From: an uncultured Pseudomonadales bacterium
GTDB lineage: Bacteria > Patescibacteriota > Microgenomatia > UBA1400 > PJMF01
Length of the DNA stretch: 64,000 nt
Assembly (NCBI GenBank): GCA_964432115.1
Contig: CAYSMC010000033.1
Location: 1,123-65,122, forward strand
Reading direction: 5' to 3'
The position numbers were made by a program, and so were the translations under genes. Positions 19,061 to 29,021 of this stretch are shown here, in pieces (within the stretch, counting starts at the first letter, position 1; every line of letters begins with the position of its first letter). The notes beneath the pieces are model-generated. The model was not told the DNA's origin. It did no database searches and saw nothing but the letters and a program-made list of their open reading frames with translations.

Positions 19061-20317
19061 ATGTCTCGTCGAGACTTTTTTAAAATTTTACAACAAGAAG
19101 TAGCTCGGATCGACGCTGCCAGCGTCACCAAAAGACAAGAACATTTAATTGAGGGTTTCACTAAAGAAGCTTCACCTAAAGCTGTAATTAATAACAAACC
19201 GTATCGGATTTTTAACTCTAATGATTATTTGGGGTTGCGTCATCATCGTAAATTAAAAAAAGCTGAGCATCAGATGTCCGAGCTTTGTGGAACTGGTCCT
19301 GGTGCAGTGCGATTTATTTCGGGATCGTTTCAAGTGCATCGCGATTTAGAAAAAGTGCTTGCTAATTTCCATGGCCAAGATGATGCGATGGTTTTTTCAA
19401 GTGCTTTTGCTACCAACTTAGCAGTGTTGTTTAGTCTAATTAAAGGTCAAAGCAAAGATTCTTTACTTACCAGTGAAGCCCTGGTAATTTCTGATGAACT
19501 AAATCATCGCAGTATTATTGATGGTATCCGTTTGGCCAATTTACCCAGTGAGCAAAAGGCTATTTTTAAACATTTAGACCCTCAATCTTTGGAAGAAATT
19601 TTGGCCAAAAATCTTAAAAAATTTAGGCGAGTATTAGTCATTACCGACGGAGTGTTTTCAATGTTAGGTGAATATCAAGACTTGAAAAAGATACGTCGTA
19701 TTATCGATCGTTATGACAAGCAATATCCTGAGGGAGTTGTGTTAGTGGTTGATGATTGTCATGGAGTGGCTGCTTTTGGTAAAACTGGTCGAGGAACGGA
19801 AGAAGTCTCTGGGGCTAGAGCCGATGTGTTGATTGGTACGCTGGGTAAGGGTTTAGGTGCCGATGGCGGCTATGTAGTGGCTAAACAAGCTGTCATTGAT
19901 TATTTACGGGAATCAGCTGCAACCTATATTTATTCAAACTCTATTTCTCCAGGAACTGCTGCCGCCGCATTGATGGCAGTGCAATTAATTGATACCCAAA
20001 CTGGAATTAAATTGCTTAAAAGACTAGCTGATAATTTAGCTTTTATTAAAAAAGAATTGTTAGCATTGGGTTTCCAGTTTGCTGCTGAATCTATTCATCC
20101 TATTCAAGCAATTTTAATTGGTGATACAGCTAAAACCAAAGCATTAACTCAAAAAATGTTTGAGCGAGGTTTTATCCTAACTAACATTAATTATCCAGTA
20201 GTACCTAAAGGCAGAGATGAGATTCGTGTACAAATTAGTGCCAGTCACAATAAAACAGATTTAAAAGCTTTTTTACAAAACATTAAAGAAGTAGCTAAAG
20301 AATTAGAAATTATTTAA
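19061..20317 (+). CDS. PLP-dependent alpha-oxoamine synthase (2-amino-3-ketobutyrate CoA ligase / 8-amino-7-oxononanoate synthase family)
   Basis: Class-II aminotransferase fold with the PLP-lysine motif GTLGKGLGADGGYV and FSSAFATNLAV. Fits the Kbl/BioF family. Confidence 0.75.
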   Translation: MSRRDFFKILQQEVARIDAASVTKRQEHLIEGFTKEASPKAVINNKPYRIFNSNDYLGLRHHRKLKKAEHQMSELCGTGPGAVRFISGSFQVHRDLEKVLANFHGQDDAMVFSSAFATNLAVLFSLIKGQSKDSLLTSEALVISDELNHRSIIDGIRLANLPSEQKAIFKHLDPQSLEEILAKNLKKFRRVLVITDGVFSMLGEYQDLKKIRRIIDRYDKQYPEGVVLVVDDCHGVAAFGKTGRGTEEVSGARADVLIGTLGKGLGADGGYVVAKQAVIDYLRESAATYIYSNSISPGTAAAALMAVQLIDTQTGIKLLKRLADNLAFIKKELLALGFQFAAESIHPIQAILIGDTAKTKALTQKMFERGFILTNINYPVVPKGRDEIRVQISASHNKTDLKAFLQNIKEVAKELEII

Positions 20318-20322
20318 ATAAT

Positions 20323-21438
20323 ATGTTTAAATTTTTAACTCATTTATTTCTTTTAATCGTTGTATTTTTCTTTTTTTCAAAACCAGTTGGCGCTCAACTA
20401 AGAGGAGAAACTCTGGAAGGTAATGTTATAGAAATTGTTGAAACTGGTGAAAAGTTATTTGATGACCAACATTTTCCTTATCAAGTTTTAGAGATTTTAA
20501 TAGAACGGGGAAGTCTAAAGGGTTCACAAATTCAGGTGCTTAATGAATCTGGTTTGGATGCTAATAATTCGAGCGTGATTAATTATCGAGTTTATGAGTT
20601 GGGCGATCGTTTAAGAATATACACTGATTTTAATCAGGAAGAAGAACGCTTTTTTTTAATAGAAGGAGTGGTTAAGCGTCAAGCTTTATTGTGGTTGTTA
20701 ATTTTATTTGTCGTTGCGGTGTTGGTAATCACAGGAAGTTTAGGTTTACTCGCGCTTGTTGGATTAGTGATTTCTTTTTTAGTTATTAGCCGGGTATTGG
20801 TGCCGATGGTTTTGGCAGGTCGACCACCTTTGTTATCAGCTTTGGTTAGTTCGTTTTTAATTATTCCGGCCAGTTTCTATTTAACTCATGGCATTAAAAA
20901 TAAAACCCATAGTGCAGTGTTGGCAACCACTATTTCTTTGTTAATTACCATGTTATTGGCTTTTTATTTTGTTAATTTAACTAATCTAACTGGTTTTGCT
21001 AGTGAAGAAGCAGCTTTTGTTAGCAATATGAGCCAGGGGCAAATAGATTTATTAAGTTTGTTATTCGCTGGTATCATGATTGGAGCACTCGGAGTACTTG
21101 ATGATGTAACTGTTGGTCAAGCGTCTGTAACTGAGCAATTAAGAATAGCCAATCCGCAATTGGATTCTTGGACCCTTTTTGTGCGAAGCATGAAAGTGGG
21201 TCGAGATCACGTTTCATCGATGATTAACACTTTAATTTTAGTTTACGCTGGATCAGCAATGCCGCTTTTAATTTTATTTTTTGATGGTCAGCATAGTTTT
21301 ATTGATGTGATTGAGTTAGAAATTGTTGCTGAAGAAATAGTTAAAACTTTACTTAGCAGTTTAGGTTTGATGTTAGCTGTGCCACTCACCACTTTTTTAA
21401 GTGTTTTTGTATTTAAGTCGGCAAAGGACTTGGATTAA
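20323..21438 (+). CDS. YibE/F-like polytopic membrane protein
   Basis: Signal peptide, an extracytoplasmic N-domain of about 110 aa, then 7-8 TM helices. The architecture resembles YibE/F, but the family call is tentative. Confidence 0.4.
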   Translation: MFKFLTHLFLLIVVFFFFSKPVGAQLRGETLEGNVIEIVETGEKLFDDQHFPYQVLEILIERGSLKGSQIQVLNESGLDANNSSVINYRVYELGDRLRIYTDFNQEEERFFLIEGVVKRQALLWLLILFVVAVLVITGSLGLLALVGLVISFLVISRVLVPMVLAGRPPLLSALVSSFLIIPASFYLTHGIKNKTHSAVLATTISLLITMLLAFYFVNLTNLTGFASEEAAFVSNMSQGQIDLLSLLFAGIMIGALGVLDDVTVGQASVTEQLRIANPQLDSWTLFVRSMKVGRDHVSSMINTLILVYAGSAMPLLILFFDGQHSFIDVIELEIVAEEIVKTLLSSLGLMLAVPLTTFLSVFVFKSAKDLD

Positions 21439-22144
21439 CTTTTTGATTGGCCAATTCAAAAACAATTTGCTCATGACCACGTTGATGTTTGTTGCCTATT
21501 TTTTTTGTAATAATTTGATAGAGATTTTTTAGTGTTCTCTTTCTTGTTGCAAATTGTGTAAACTTTTTATTAAATTTTTCTTGATAAGGAATCATCTCTT
21601 TTTTAATTGCTGGAGTTTCTCGACTGATAGTTTCCGCATCCTTTTTTGTCTGTCGATATTGTCGGGCTTCTTTTTCAATTAAATTAATTTGATTAGCTAT
21701 CAAGAGCTGAAATTGAAATAAAATCTCTTTTTCAAATTTTTCTATTAAAACAGTACCTTGTTGTGCATTGGTTTTACTATCTTGACGAGCTAAAACCTCT
21801 CTCTGTGCCAATTCAGCAAAAACGGTGGCAACTAGAGGGTCTCCTGGAGGACCAAATTTTTCACGCAAGAATAGGGCAGCTACTTGTTCTTTAACTTGCT
21901 GATTTAATTGTAATAATTTTTGCTCTATGAGGTTTGATAGTGTTTGTCCAGAATAAATTAAATTTTGCAACAAACTATTGAGAGTTGTATCAATTTCTTT
22001 TTCCAAAAATTGAGAAATTAATAAGGATTGATCTATATCATTGTCTGTTTTTAATAGTAATATGTCTGCTTGTGAAGTCAGTTTTTCCCACTCTCCTCCG
22101 TACCAATTATTCGCGTATTCGACTGATGAAATATTTTCTTTCAT
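21413..22144 (-). CDS. hypothetical coiled-coil protein
   Basis: 243-aa, Q/E/K-rich, predicted alpha-helical. Good RBS (AAAGGAG) before the ATG at 22144. Confidence 0.4.
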   Translation of the reverse strand: MKENISSVEYANNWYGGEWEKLTSQADILLLKTDNDIDQSLLISQFLEKEIDTTLNSLLQNLIYSGQTLSNLIEQKLLQLNQQVKEQVAALFLREKFGPPGDPLVATVFAELAQREVLARQDSKTNAQQGTVLIEKFEKEILFQFQLLIANQINLIEKEARQYRQTKKDAETISRETPAIKKEMIPYQEKFNKKFTQFATRKRTLKNLYQIITKKIGNKHQRGHEQIVFELANQKVNPSPLPT

Positions 22145-22173
22145 CGCTCCTTTCTTTGGCTAAATTAAGCCAG

Positions 22174-22192
22174 GTTCATCATATTGATGAAC
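22174..22192. promoter_or_regulatory. perfect 8-bp inverted repeat GTTCATCA-TAT-TGATGAAC between the putative -10 and RBS of gene 21413..22144 (minus): candidate operator, or weak bidirectional hairpin
   Basis: Read directly from the sequence. It is followed by TTTTT on the plus strand and lies about 30 nt upstream of the ATG on the minus strand. Confidence 0.35.
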
Positions 22193-22357
22193 TTTTTATA
22201 ATTTGCCGTGGAAAAGCTAGAAAAACGCTTGATGCTCGCCAAGACTTATGAGGCTGAAGACCGGACTTATTCGTTTTAAAACAAATTCACCGTTGCGGCA
22301 CAGTCACGGATTTACACCGTGTTCCACAGCAGAAATAATTTAGCAAAAATCCAAAGA

Positions 22358-23053
22358 CTAAGCAACCGGTAATTTATTTAGTCGGTAGGCTCGAATGAGC
22401 AAATTTTGCAGGGTTTTTTGTAGAACGAGGTTAATTTTGTTAACTATATTAAAATTATTGCTTTTTTCCTGAAAATAAATGGGTTTAGCATAATTAATGA
22501 TGTAAGCCCCTTTCCGATACCAAACAAAATTTTTTTCTTGACCTTTAATATTTATCGTAAATTTTTTTATTTTTTTTGGATTGACACAAATACTAATGGG
22601 AATAATCGGAGCCCGAGTTGCCAAAGCCATGCGAACAGTTCCAGTTTTTAAAGTTTTTAATTTTTTACAGTTTGGACTAACACCTCCCTCTGGAAAAATT
22701 AAAATTGAGCGATTTTTTTTGAGTAAGGCAATTGCCCGTTTAAGAGCTATTTTTCCAGAATTAGGACCGACGGGAATATGACCTGCCCAACTAATTAATT
22801 TATTTAAACCAAAAATTTTAAAAACATCTTCAGTTAAGAGAGCGTGAACCGGCTCTTTAATACTACTCATCACGTACAGAGGATCAAGAGTGCTTGGATG
22901 ATTCACGGCAAAAATTTTTGCACCTCGAGGAAGTTGTTCATTTGCTTTGATTTGTCTTTTTAAATCAATTTTCGTGTAGAGACGAGCTAACGAGCGGCCA
23001 ATAAAATATAAAAAGTTCTCTAAACAATAATTTTTTTTCATTATTTTCAGCAA
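22358..23053 (-). CDS. plsC: 1-acyl-sn-glycerol-3-phosphate acyltransferase (PlsC-family lysophospholipid acyltransferase)
   Basis: Acyltransferase motif I NHPSTLD (HX4D) and motif III FPEGGVS. Confidence 0.75.
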   Translation of the reverse strand: MLKIMKKNYCLENFLYFIGRSLARLYTKIDLKRQIKANEQLPRGAKIFAVNHPSTLDPLYVMSSIKEPVHALLTEDVFKIFGLNKLISWAGHIPVGPNSGKIALKRAIALLKKNRSILIFPEGGVSPNCKKLKTLKTGTVRMALATRAPIIPISICVNPKKIKKFTINIKGQEKNFVWYRKGAYIINYAKPIYFQEKSNNFNIVNKINLVLQKTLQNLLIRAYRLNKLPVA

Positions 23054-23167
23054 TTCATTAGGCCATACTTCTTGAATAACTGCAAGGGTAAGTTTGTTGC
23101 TTGTTTTTTAAAATGTTAAGAGCTATTTGTTTGCAATCACAGAAAAATCATATTAGAATGAAAGTCT

Positions 23168-23908
23168 ATGAAGAAAAGCATATTTTTGATCACTCTGTTT
23201 TTATTAACTTTTATTTTACTTCGTCCAGTTTTGGCTCAACAAGGCAAAACACAAAATATAATTTCTGAGGAAACGGTGATAACTGAAAAACAAATTCAGC
23301 AGCAAGAAAACACTCAAAATCAAGGTGAAGAACAAAATTTGCGTATTGAAAACTCTCTTCAAGGCGAAACCATGGAAGTTGTATTAGAAGGAGACTCGGT
23401 CCAAGAACAAACAACTTCGAATAGAGATGATTCTTTGTCGAGAGTAAAAGGTCAAGGTTTAACCATGAGCGAGGGTGCCCAAATTGTCAAAGAAAGAAAT
23501 AATGATGTAGCCAATCAAGTGCATAAATTGTTAATAGAAAGAGATTTTCGGGGCGGCATTGGTGAACAAGTGAAAACAATTGCTCAAAATCAATTAAAAG
23601 TTCAGGAAGAAGTTCAAAATAGATTAAGTAATTTAGAAAATAGACCCCTCTGGCAACGATTCTTTTTAGGTCAAAATCAAGACAATGTTGATGGTTTGCA
23701 AAATTCTTTAAGAAAAAATCAAGAGTACTTAACGGAATTACAAAGTTTGCTGGAAGATCAAGCTTTAAGTGCCGAAGATCGTTTAGCTGTTGAAGAAGCT
23801 TATTTAGAACTACAGGCTCAACAAGAATTAGTTGAAGTTCATTTGGAAAATATTTTGGGTGAATTTAGTGTTGTTGGTTTTTTTAAAAGATTATTTAATC
23901 GTTCTTAA
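23168..23908 (+). CDS. hypothetical secreted Q/E-rich coiled-coil protein
   Basis: Signal peptide MKKSIFLITLFLLTFILLRPVLA, then a low-complexity helical region. Confidence 0.45.
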   Translation: MKKSIFLITLFLLTFILLRPVLAQQGKTQNIISEETVITEKQIQQQENTQNQGEEQNLRIENSLQGETMEVVLEGDSVQEQTTSNRDDSLSRVKGQGLTMSEGAQIVKERNNDVANQVHKLLIERDFRGGIGEQVKTIAQNQLKVQEEVQNRLSNLENRPLWQRFFLGQNQDNVDGLQNSLRKNQEYLTELQSLLEDQALSAEDRLAVEEAYLELQAQQELVEVHLENILGEFSVVGFFKRLFNRS

Positions 23909-25029
23909 TTGAGAGCTTCTTGAATAAAATTTTGTAGTTCATTCCAATTATTATATCCAGCTTTGGGGACAAGTACGAAGCCATTGGTACTACTACTCGT
24001 GTTTAACACATTTTCTGTACTTAAATTGACATTTCTAATTTCAAACTCATGAGCATTAATTAATAAAGGAGCTAAATATTCCAGAATTTCTAAATCAAAA
24101 TTTGTGTAAACATGTTGTTTAACTTGTTTAAAAAATTGAGAAATATTGCTTAAAGCTTCTAAATCAAATAATTTTTTTCTAATACCATTTAAAACCTCTA
24201 CTTGGCGTCGACTTCGATCAAAGTCACTAGAACTATGACGCGATCGGACATATTTGAGAGCGTCATCCCCCTCCATGTTTTGGACTCCAGCAGGGAAATA
24301 AATTGTTTCATAGCGACAAGCAAATTGTTTTTCCAAATCAAAACCACTAAGAGTAGCTGTTAATTGAGCAATTTCTTCATTACTATAACCACAAGGTTCA
24401 AGTTGTTTGCCCTCAATTGGATACCATTGATCTTCAAAATTTTCTGCTACTTCCACTTCGATACCGCTTAATTCTTGACCAATTAATCGTTGAAAACCAA
24501 CAAAATCTACAGCTATAAAATATTTAATATTAAGATTGGTAACTGTAGACAATAGTTCTTTAGTTGCTTGGCCAGCATTAAGCATGGGTTCTGTACCAGT
24601 CATTTGAGAACTAAAAACATTATTAATTTTTCGGTAAGTACCATTGTTTAAATTGAGTTCTAAATCTCTAGGAATAGAAATAAAAGTGATGATTTGTTGT
24701 ACAAAATCTAGATGAGCAATTTGAATAAGATCAGCTAACATACCTCCTTGATGTCCAGCGCCACCATAGCCGATTAATAAAATATTAAGCTCTTTTTGAT
24801 CATCTGTTTCAATGTGACTAGTGTCTGAATTTAATTGATTGGCAATATTTGTTTTGGTGGTCATCTGCTCTTGATTTTTTTTCTTATTTTTCAAATGATG
24901 ATAAGTAAAGGTGGCAGATACAATAATGATCAAAGTTAAGAAAAATAAAAAAGCCCAGTAAATATTTTTTTGTTTTTGATTAAATTGTTGATATGTTGTG
25001 ACTAAACGCTGTCTAATTTTTTTAATCAT
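23905..25029 (-). CDS. LCP-family (LytR-CpsA-Psr) cell-envelope glycopolymer transferase
   Basis: N-terminal TM anchor and the LCP core (LNILLIGYGGAGHQGG, SIPRDLEL). Confidence 0.75.
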   Translation of the reverse strand: MIKKIRQRLVTTYQQFNQKQKNIYWAFLFFLTLIIIVSATFTYHHLKNKKKNQEQMTTKTNIANQLNSDTSHIETDDQKELNILLIGYGGAGHQGGMLADLIQIAHLDFVQQIITFISIPRDLELNLNNGTYRKINNVFSSQMTGTEPMLNAGQATKELLSTVTNLNIKYFIAVDFVGFQRLIGQELSGIEVEVAENFEDQWYPIEGKQLEPCGYSNEEIAQLTATLSGFDLEKQFACRYETIYFPAGVQNMEGDDALKYVRSRHSSSDFDRSRRQVEVLNGIRKKLFDLEALSNISQFFKQVKQHVYTNFDLEILEYLAPLLINAHEFEIRNVNLSTENVLNTSSSTNGFVLVPKAGYNNWNELQNFIQEALN

Positions 25030-25068
25030 AAGCTTATTTTAGTATAGCTTAAATGATATAATAAGAAT

Positions 25069-25776
25069 ATGTTAAGCAAATCTTTTTTTATTTTACAAAA
25101 TAGTAATTTTCCTTACGATCAATTACGTTTTCCTGGTCAAGCTAGTGATGAGAAGGTCTTGTACTTAACTCGAGAACACTCGCTTTTTTTAATTTTTAGA
25201 TTATTATTCATTCTGCTTATTGGTATTAGTATTATCTTGGCTAGCGTGATTTTAAATAGAGTTATTGGCCAAGTGTTTGCCAGTCAGCTATTATCCATCG
25301 TTTTATTAGGGATGTTATTAGTGTTTCTTTTATTTACGATTGTTGGCTCTTGGTGGGTTTTTACTTTATGGAAAAAATCTGTAGCGATTGTGACTAATAA
25401 ACGTTTGATTAAATTTATTTATACCACTCCCGTGAATCGTTATAATATGAGTTTGCCTTTGGAAATGATTGTAGACACTAGTTCTCATAATCGTGGACTG
25501 TTAAGTTCTTATTTAAAAATTGGTAGTATTACGGCTCGTTCCAGTGCGAGTAGTTCTGGAGTAGCTACTAATGATAATTTGCGAGTGAATAAAAAATATT
25601 TTTATTTAGAAAACATTAAATATTTTGAAGATCTACAACAATATTTAAATAAATTAATTAATACTTTGCACAAACAACCAGCAGAATTAAATAAATTCAG
25701 ACCATTTTTACCCCACTTAAAAGGGCAGGCTAGAGAAGAATTCTTAAGAGCTAATTATCCACAATACGCTAAATAG
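25069..25776 (+). CDS. hypothetical membrane protein (2 TM, cytoplasmic C-domain)
   Basis: ORF with two hydrophobic helices. No family recognised. Confidence 0.4.
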   Translation: MLSKSFFILQNSNFPYDQLRFPGQASDEKVLYLTREHSLFLIFRLLFILLIGISIILASVILNRVIGQVFASQLLSIVLLGMLLVFLLFTIVGSWWVFTLWKKSVAIVTNKRLIKFIYTTPVNRYNMSLPLEMIVDTSSHNRGLLSSYLKIGSITARSSASSSGVATNDNLRVNKKYFYLENIKYFEDLQQYLNKLINTLHKQPAELNKFRPFLPHLKGQAREEFLRANYPQYAK

Positions 25777-25813
25777 TCTTGGTGATGTATTAAGGGAGTG
25801 TTAAACTAACAGC

Positions 25814-26977
25814 ATGAGAGATGATTTTGCCCAAGCTTTAGCCAATTTTCACTATGATTTGCCTAAGAACAAAATTGCCAATCAGCCCCTAGTAAAAAGA
25901 GATCAGTCTAAGCTTTTAGTACTTGATCGGCAAACCGGTTTATTGAGTGATTATCAATTTTTTCAATTAGACCAGCTTTTAACTGATCAAGATGTTTTAG
26001 TGCTTAATGAAAGTAAAGTTTTTCCAGCTCGGCTTTTAGGTAAAAAAGATACGGGTGGAAAAGTTGAATTGTTGTTATTAAAACAAATAGCTAGTGATAG
26101 TTGGCAAGCGATTAGTAAACCATCACTCAAATTAAAGCAACAGTTGTATTTTCCTCCACGAAATTATTTATCAGAGGACAATCTAGATTTAGAAGATTTA
26201 CTACAAGCAACAGTTGTTGTTTGCAGTGATAGTTCTGCTCAAGTTGAAATTAAGTTTAATCGTGATGATGAAGGCTTATGGCAAGCAATTGAAAATTGTG
26301 GTTATACCCCATTGCCACCATATATCAAAAATCAACAAAATGAAGATCTGCGTCGTCAAGAATATCAAACTGTTTATGCAAAACATCTTGGTTCAGCTGC
26401 TGCCCCGACAGCAGGTCTACATTTTACCAAACAATTAATACAAAAAATAAAAAATAAAGGAGTGCAAATTGAAAAGATTGATTTAGCTGTAGGTTTGGGT
26501 ACTTTTGCCAAATTAACGAGAGATAAATGGCAGAGTCAAACTCTCCATCAGGAATATTATCAAATTCAAAACGAAGTTGCTAAGCGCTTAATTAGAGCCA
26601 AAAAAACTGGTAAACGAATTATGGCGGTTGGGACGACTACGGCTCGCGCTTTAGAAAGTGCATTGATTAATATTGAAAAAGTTGAAAAAAAATCAGTCAA
26701 ACCTAAAAAAAATTCTTTATTACTAAAAAGTGGTCAACAAAGTACCAATCTTTTCATTAATCCACCATACAAATTTCAGATGGTTGATGCTTTAATTACT
26801 AATTTTCATTTACCTGAATCAAGTTTGTTAATGATGGTCTCAGCATTTACTAGTCAACCTAATTCGCCTTTTATTTTTGAAAATTTTATTCAATCTGCGT
26901 TGGGCAAAGCTTATCAGCACGCCATACACGCTGATTATCGATTTTTTAGTTTTGGCGACGCGATGTTGATTGTTTGA
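25814..26977 (+). CDS. queA: S-adenosylmethionine:tRNA ribosyltransferase-isomerase
   Basis: N-terminal FHYDLPKNKIANQPLVKRDQSKLLVL, TPLPPYI and a conserved C-terminus. Contains lineage-specific inserts. Confidence 0.85.
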   Translation: MRDDFAQALANFHYDLPKNKIANQPLVKRDQSKLLVLDRQTGLLSDYQFFQLDQLLTDQDVLVLNESKVFPARLLGKKDTGGKVELLLLKQIASDSWQAISKPSLKLKQQLYFPPRNYLSEDNLDLEDLLQATVVVCSDSSAQVEIKFNRDDEGLWQAIENCGYTPLPPYIKNQQNEDLRRQEYQTVYAKHLGSAAAPTAGLHFTKQLIQKIKNKGVQIEKIDLAVGLGTFAKLTRDKWQSQTLHQEYYQIQNEVAKRLIRAKKTGKRIMAVGTTTARALESALINIEKVEKKSVKPKKNSLLLKSGQQSTNLFINPPYKFQMVDALITNFHLPESSLLMMVSAFTSQPNSPFIFENFIQSALGKAYQHAIHADYRFFSFGDAMLIV

Positions 26978-27004
26978 ACTTTTCTTGCTAGGCTGATCAG
27001 GAGC

Positions 27005-28198
27005 ATGTCAAAGACTGAAAAGCAACAACTGAATTTATCTGAAGATAAAAAACTTGTTTTAAAGCAAATTTTGCACTGGTTAGAATTTAAAAGCAATAAA
27101 CAACAATATTTAACAGTGGGCGGTTATGCGGGAACTGGTAAAACCACTTTAATAGCTGTTTTGCGACGCTTACTTTATAAAAAAAATCCTAAATTAAAAG
27201 TGGCTTTTGCTGCTTTTACTGGTAAAGCCACTCGAGTTTTACAAAATTATTTAACCGAATTTGATTTACTTTATAAGCAGGATTCTGTTAGCACCATTCA
27301 TTCTTTAATTTATAGTGTAGTGGAAAATGAGCAGCAGCAAATTATTGCTTGGCGCAAAAAAGATCGTTTAAAAACGGATCTAATTATTATTGATGAAGCA
27401 TCCATGTTGGATCAGGAAATTTGGTTAGATCTTTTATCATATCGCATTCCAATTTTAGCTGTTGGTGATCATGGGCAATTACCACCAATTCATGGTTATT
27501 TTAATTTGATGAAGGAACCAATGTTGCGTTTGGAGAGTATTCATCGTCAAGAGATTAATAACCCCATCATTGATGTGTCAATTTTGGCAAGAACTAAAGG
27601 TAGCATTCCGGTTGCTAGTTATGGTCGAAAAGTAAAAAAATTATTAAAGACTGATCCAGAAACAGCCGAGCAAGTAGAAAATTATTTACAAATGGCAGAT
27701 GAAGAAACTTTAATTGTGTGTGCTTATAACAATACTAGATTAAAACTTAATCAATATTTGCGTTCTCTAAAGGGTTTTGAAGAAGAAGACCCCCAAGCTG
27801 GTGACCGAGTGATTTGTTTGCGCAACAATCACCAGAAACAAATTTATAACGGTATGTTGGGTACTATTGATCGAATTAGACGAATAGATAAAAATTTTTT
27901 TGAACTAATTGTTGATTTTGATGATCAAAATATGACTTATGAGGGTCTGGCAGTAGCTAAACAGTTTAATAGTCCTCAAACGATTAGTTTTAATAGTCAA
28001 GATAGACAATTGTTAAAAAAGGCTGATCTTTTTGATTTTGCCTATGCTCTAACGGTGCATAAGGCCCAAGGCAGCCAGGCTAAGCGAGTTATTGTGTTTG
28101 AAGAGCGATTTAAACAGATGAATGATGAAGATTGGCGACGTTGGTTGTATACAGCTGTCACTCGCGCCGAGGAAGAATTAATTATTATTGGTGATTAA
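27005..28198 (+). CDS. SF1 ATP-dependent DNA helicase, RecD/TraA (AAA_30 + UvrD_C_2) type
   Basis: Walker A GGYAGTGKTT, IIIDEASML, VGDHGQLPPI, and C-terminal ALTVHKAQGSQAKRVIVF. Confidence 0.75.
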   Translation: MSKTEKQQLNLSEDKKLVLKQILHWLEFKSNKQQYLTVGGYAGTGKTTLIAVLRRLLYKKNPKLKVAFAAFTGKATRVLQNYLTEFDLLYKQDSVSTIHSLIYSVVENEQQQIIAWRKKDRLKTDLIIIDEASMLDQEIWLDLLSYRIPILAVGDHGQLPPIHGYFNLMKEPMLRLESIHRQEINNPIIDVSILARTKGSIPVASYGRKVKKLLKTDPETAEQVENYLQMADEETLIVCAYNNTRLKLNQYLRSLKGFEEEDPQAGDRVICLRNNHQKQIYNGMLGTIDRIRRIDKNFFELIVDFDDQNMTYEGLAVAKQFNSPQTISFNSQDRQLLKKADLFDFAYALTVHKAQGSQAKRVIVFEERFKQMNDEDWRRWLYTAVTRAEEELIIIGD

Positions 28199-28265
28199 AT
28201 TATTAATATTTAATTAAATATAACAAATTTTTTAATGATTTAACGTATATAATTAACAAAGATTT

Positions 28266-29018
28266 ATGAGTGTGCGGATCAACAAATTACTAGCCGATTT
28301 AGGTTTAAGTTCTCGTCGAGGGGCCGATCTGTTAGTTGTTGCGGGTAAAGTCAAAATTAATGGTCGTAAGGCAAAATTAGGAGAAAAAGTGAATTTAGCC
28401 AAAGATAAACTAGTGGTGAATGGTGAACTAATTAATCAACAATTATTACAAACAACAATCGATAGAGACAATTATGAATATTGGTTGTTAAATAAACCAC
28501 CAGCAGTAATTTCAGCAATTAGTGATCCGGCCAATCGTCCAACAGTTATTAATTATCTAAAAAATAAAACTCAAGCTCGGTTGTATCCGGTGGGACGTCT
28601 TGACTATGATTCGGAGGGTTTGTTATTGATGACAAACGATGGTGAATTAACTTATTGTTTAACTCACCCCAAATATCAAGTAGAAAAAGAGTATTTAGTT
28701 GATGCTAGGGGAATTTTTAATCAAAATAAAATTATTAGATTAGAAAATGGAGTGCTGTTGGCTGGCAAAAGAGCTAAAGTGGATCAAGTTGAATTGTTAA
28801 ACAAAGAAGGTCGAAATTTGCAATTAAAGTTTGTTCTTCACGAGGGGCGCAAACGCGAGGTTCGCCGACTATGTGCTAAAGTTGGTTGGGAGGTGCAGCG
28901 TTTGGTGAGAGTGCGTTTGGGTAATTTGCAATTAGGCAATTTGCAAGCTGGAACAGTGCGAAAATTAACCGAGCAGGAAATCACAGAATTAAAAAACAGT
29001 GTCAAATTAGAAAAATAA
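28266..29018 (+). CDS. rRNA pseudouridine synthase (RsuA/RluB family, S4 domain + catalytic domain)
   Basis: S4-like N-terminus (INKLLADLGLSSRRGAD) and the catalytic-Asp motif GRLDYDSEGLLLMTNDGEL. Confidence 0.85.
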   Translation: MSVRINKLLADLGLSSRRGADLLVVAGKVKINGRKAKLGEKVNLAKDKLVVNGELINQQLLQTTIDRDNYEYWLLNKPPAVISAISDPANRPTVINYLKNKTQARLYPVGRLDYDSEGLLLMTNDGELTYCLTHPKYQVEKEYLVDARGIFNQNKIIRLENGVLLAGKRAKVDQVELLNKEGRNLQLKFVLHEGRKREVRRLCAKVGWEVQRLVRVRLGNLQLGNLQAGTVRKLTEQEITELKNSVKLEK

Positions 29019-29021
29019 ATA

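Noticed and set aside
22200-22357. RNase P or SRP RNA in the GC-rich intergenic patch
   Set aside because: Only a short AAGUCCGG-like string matches. The region is too short for RNase P (over 300 nt) and lacks the SRP domain IV consensus.
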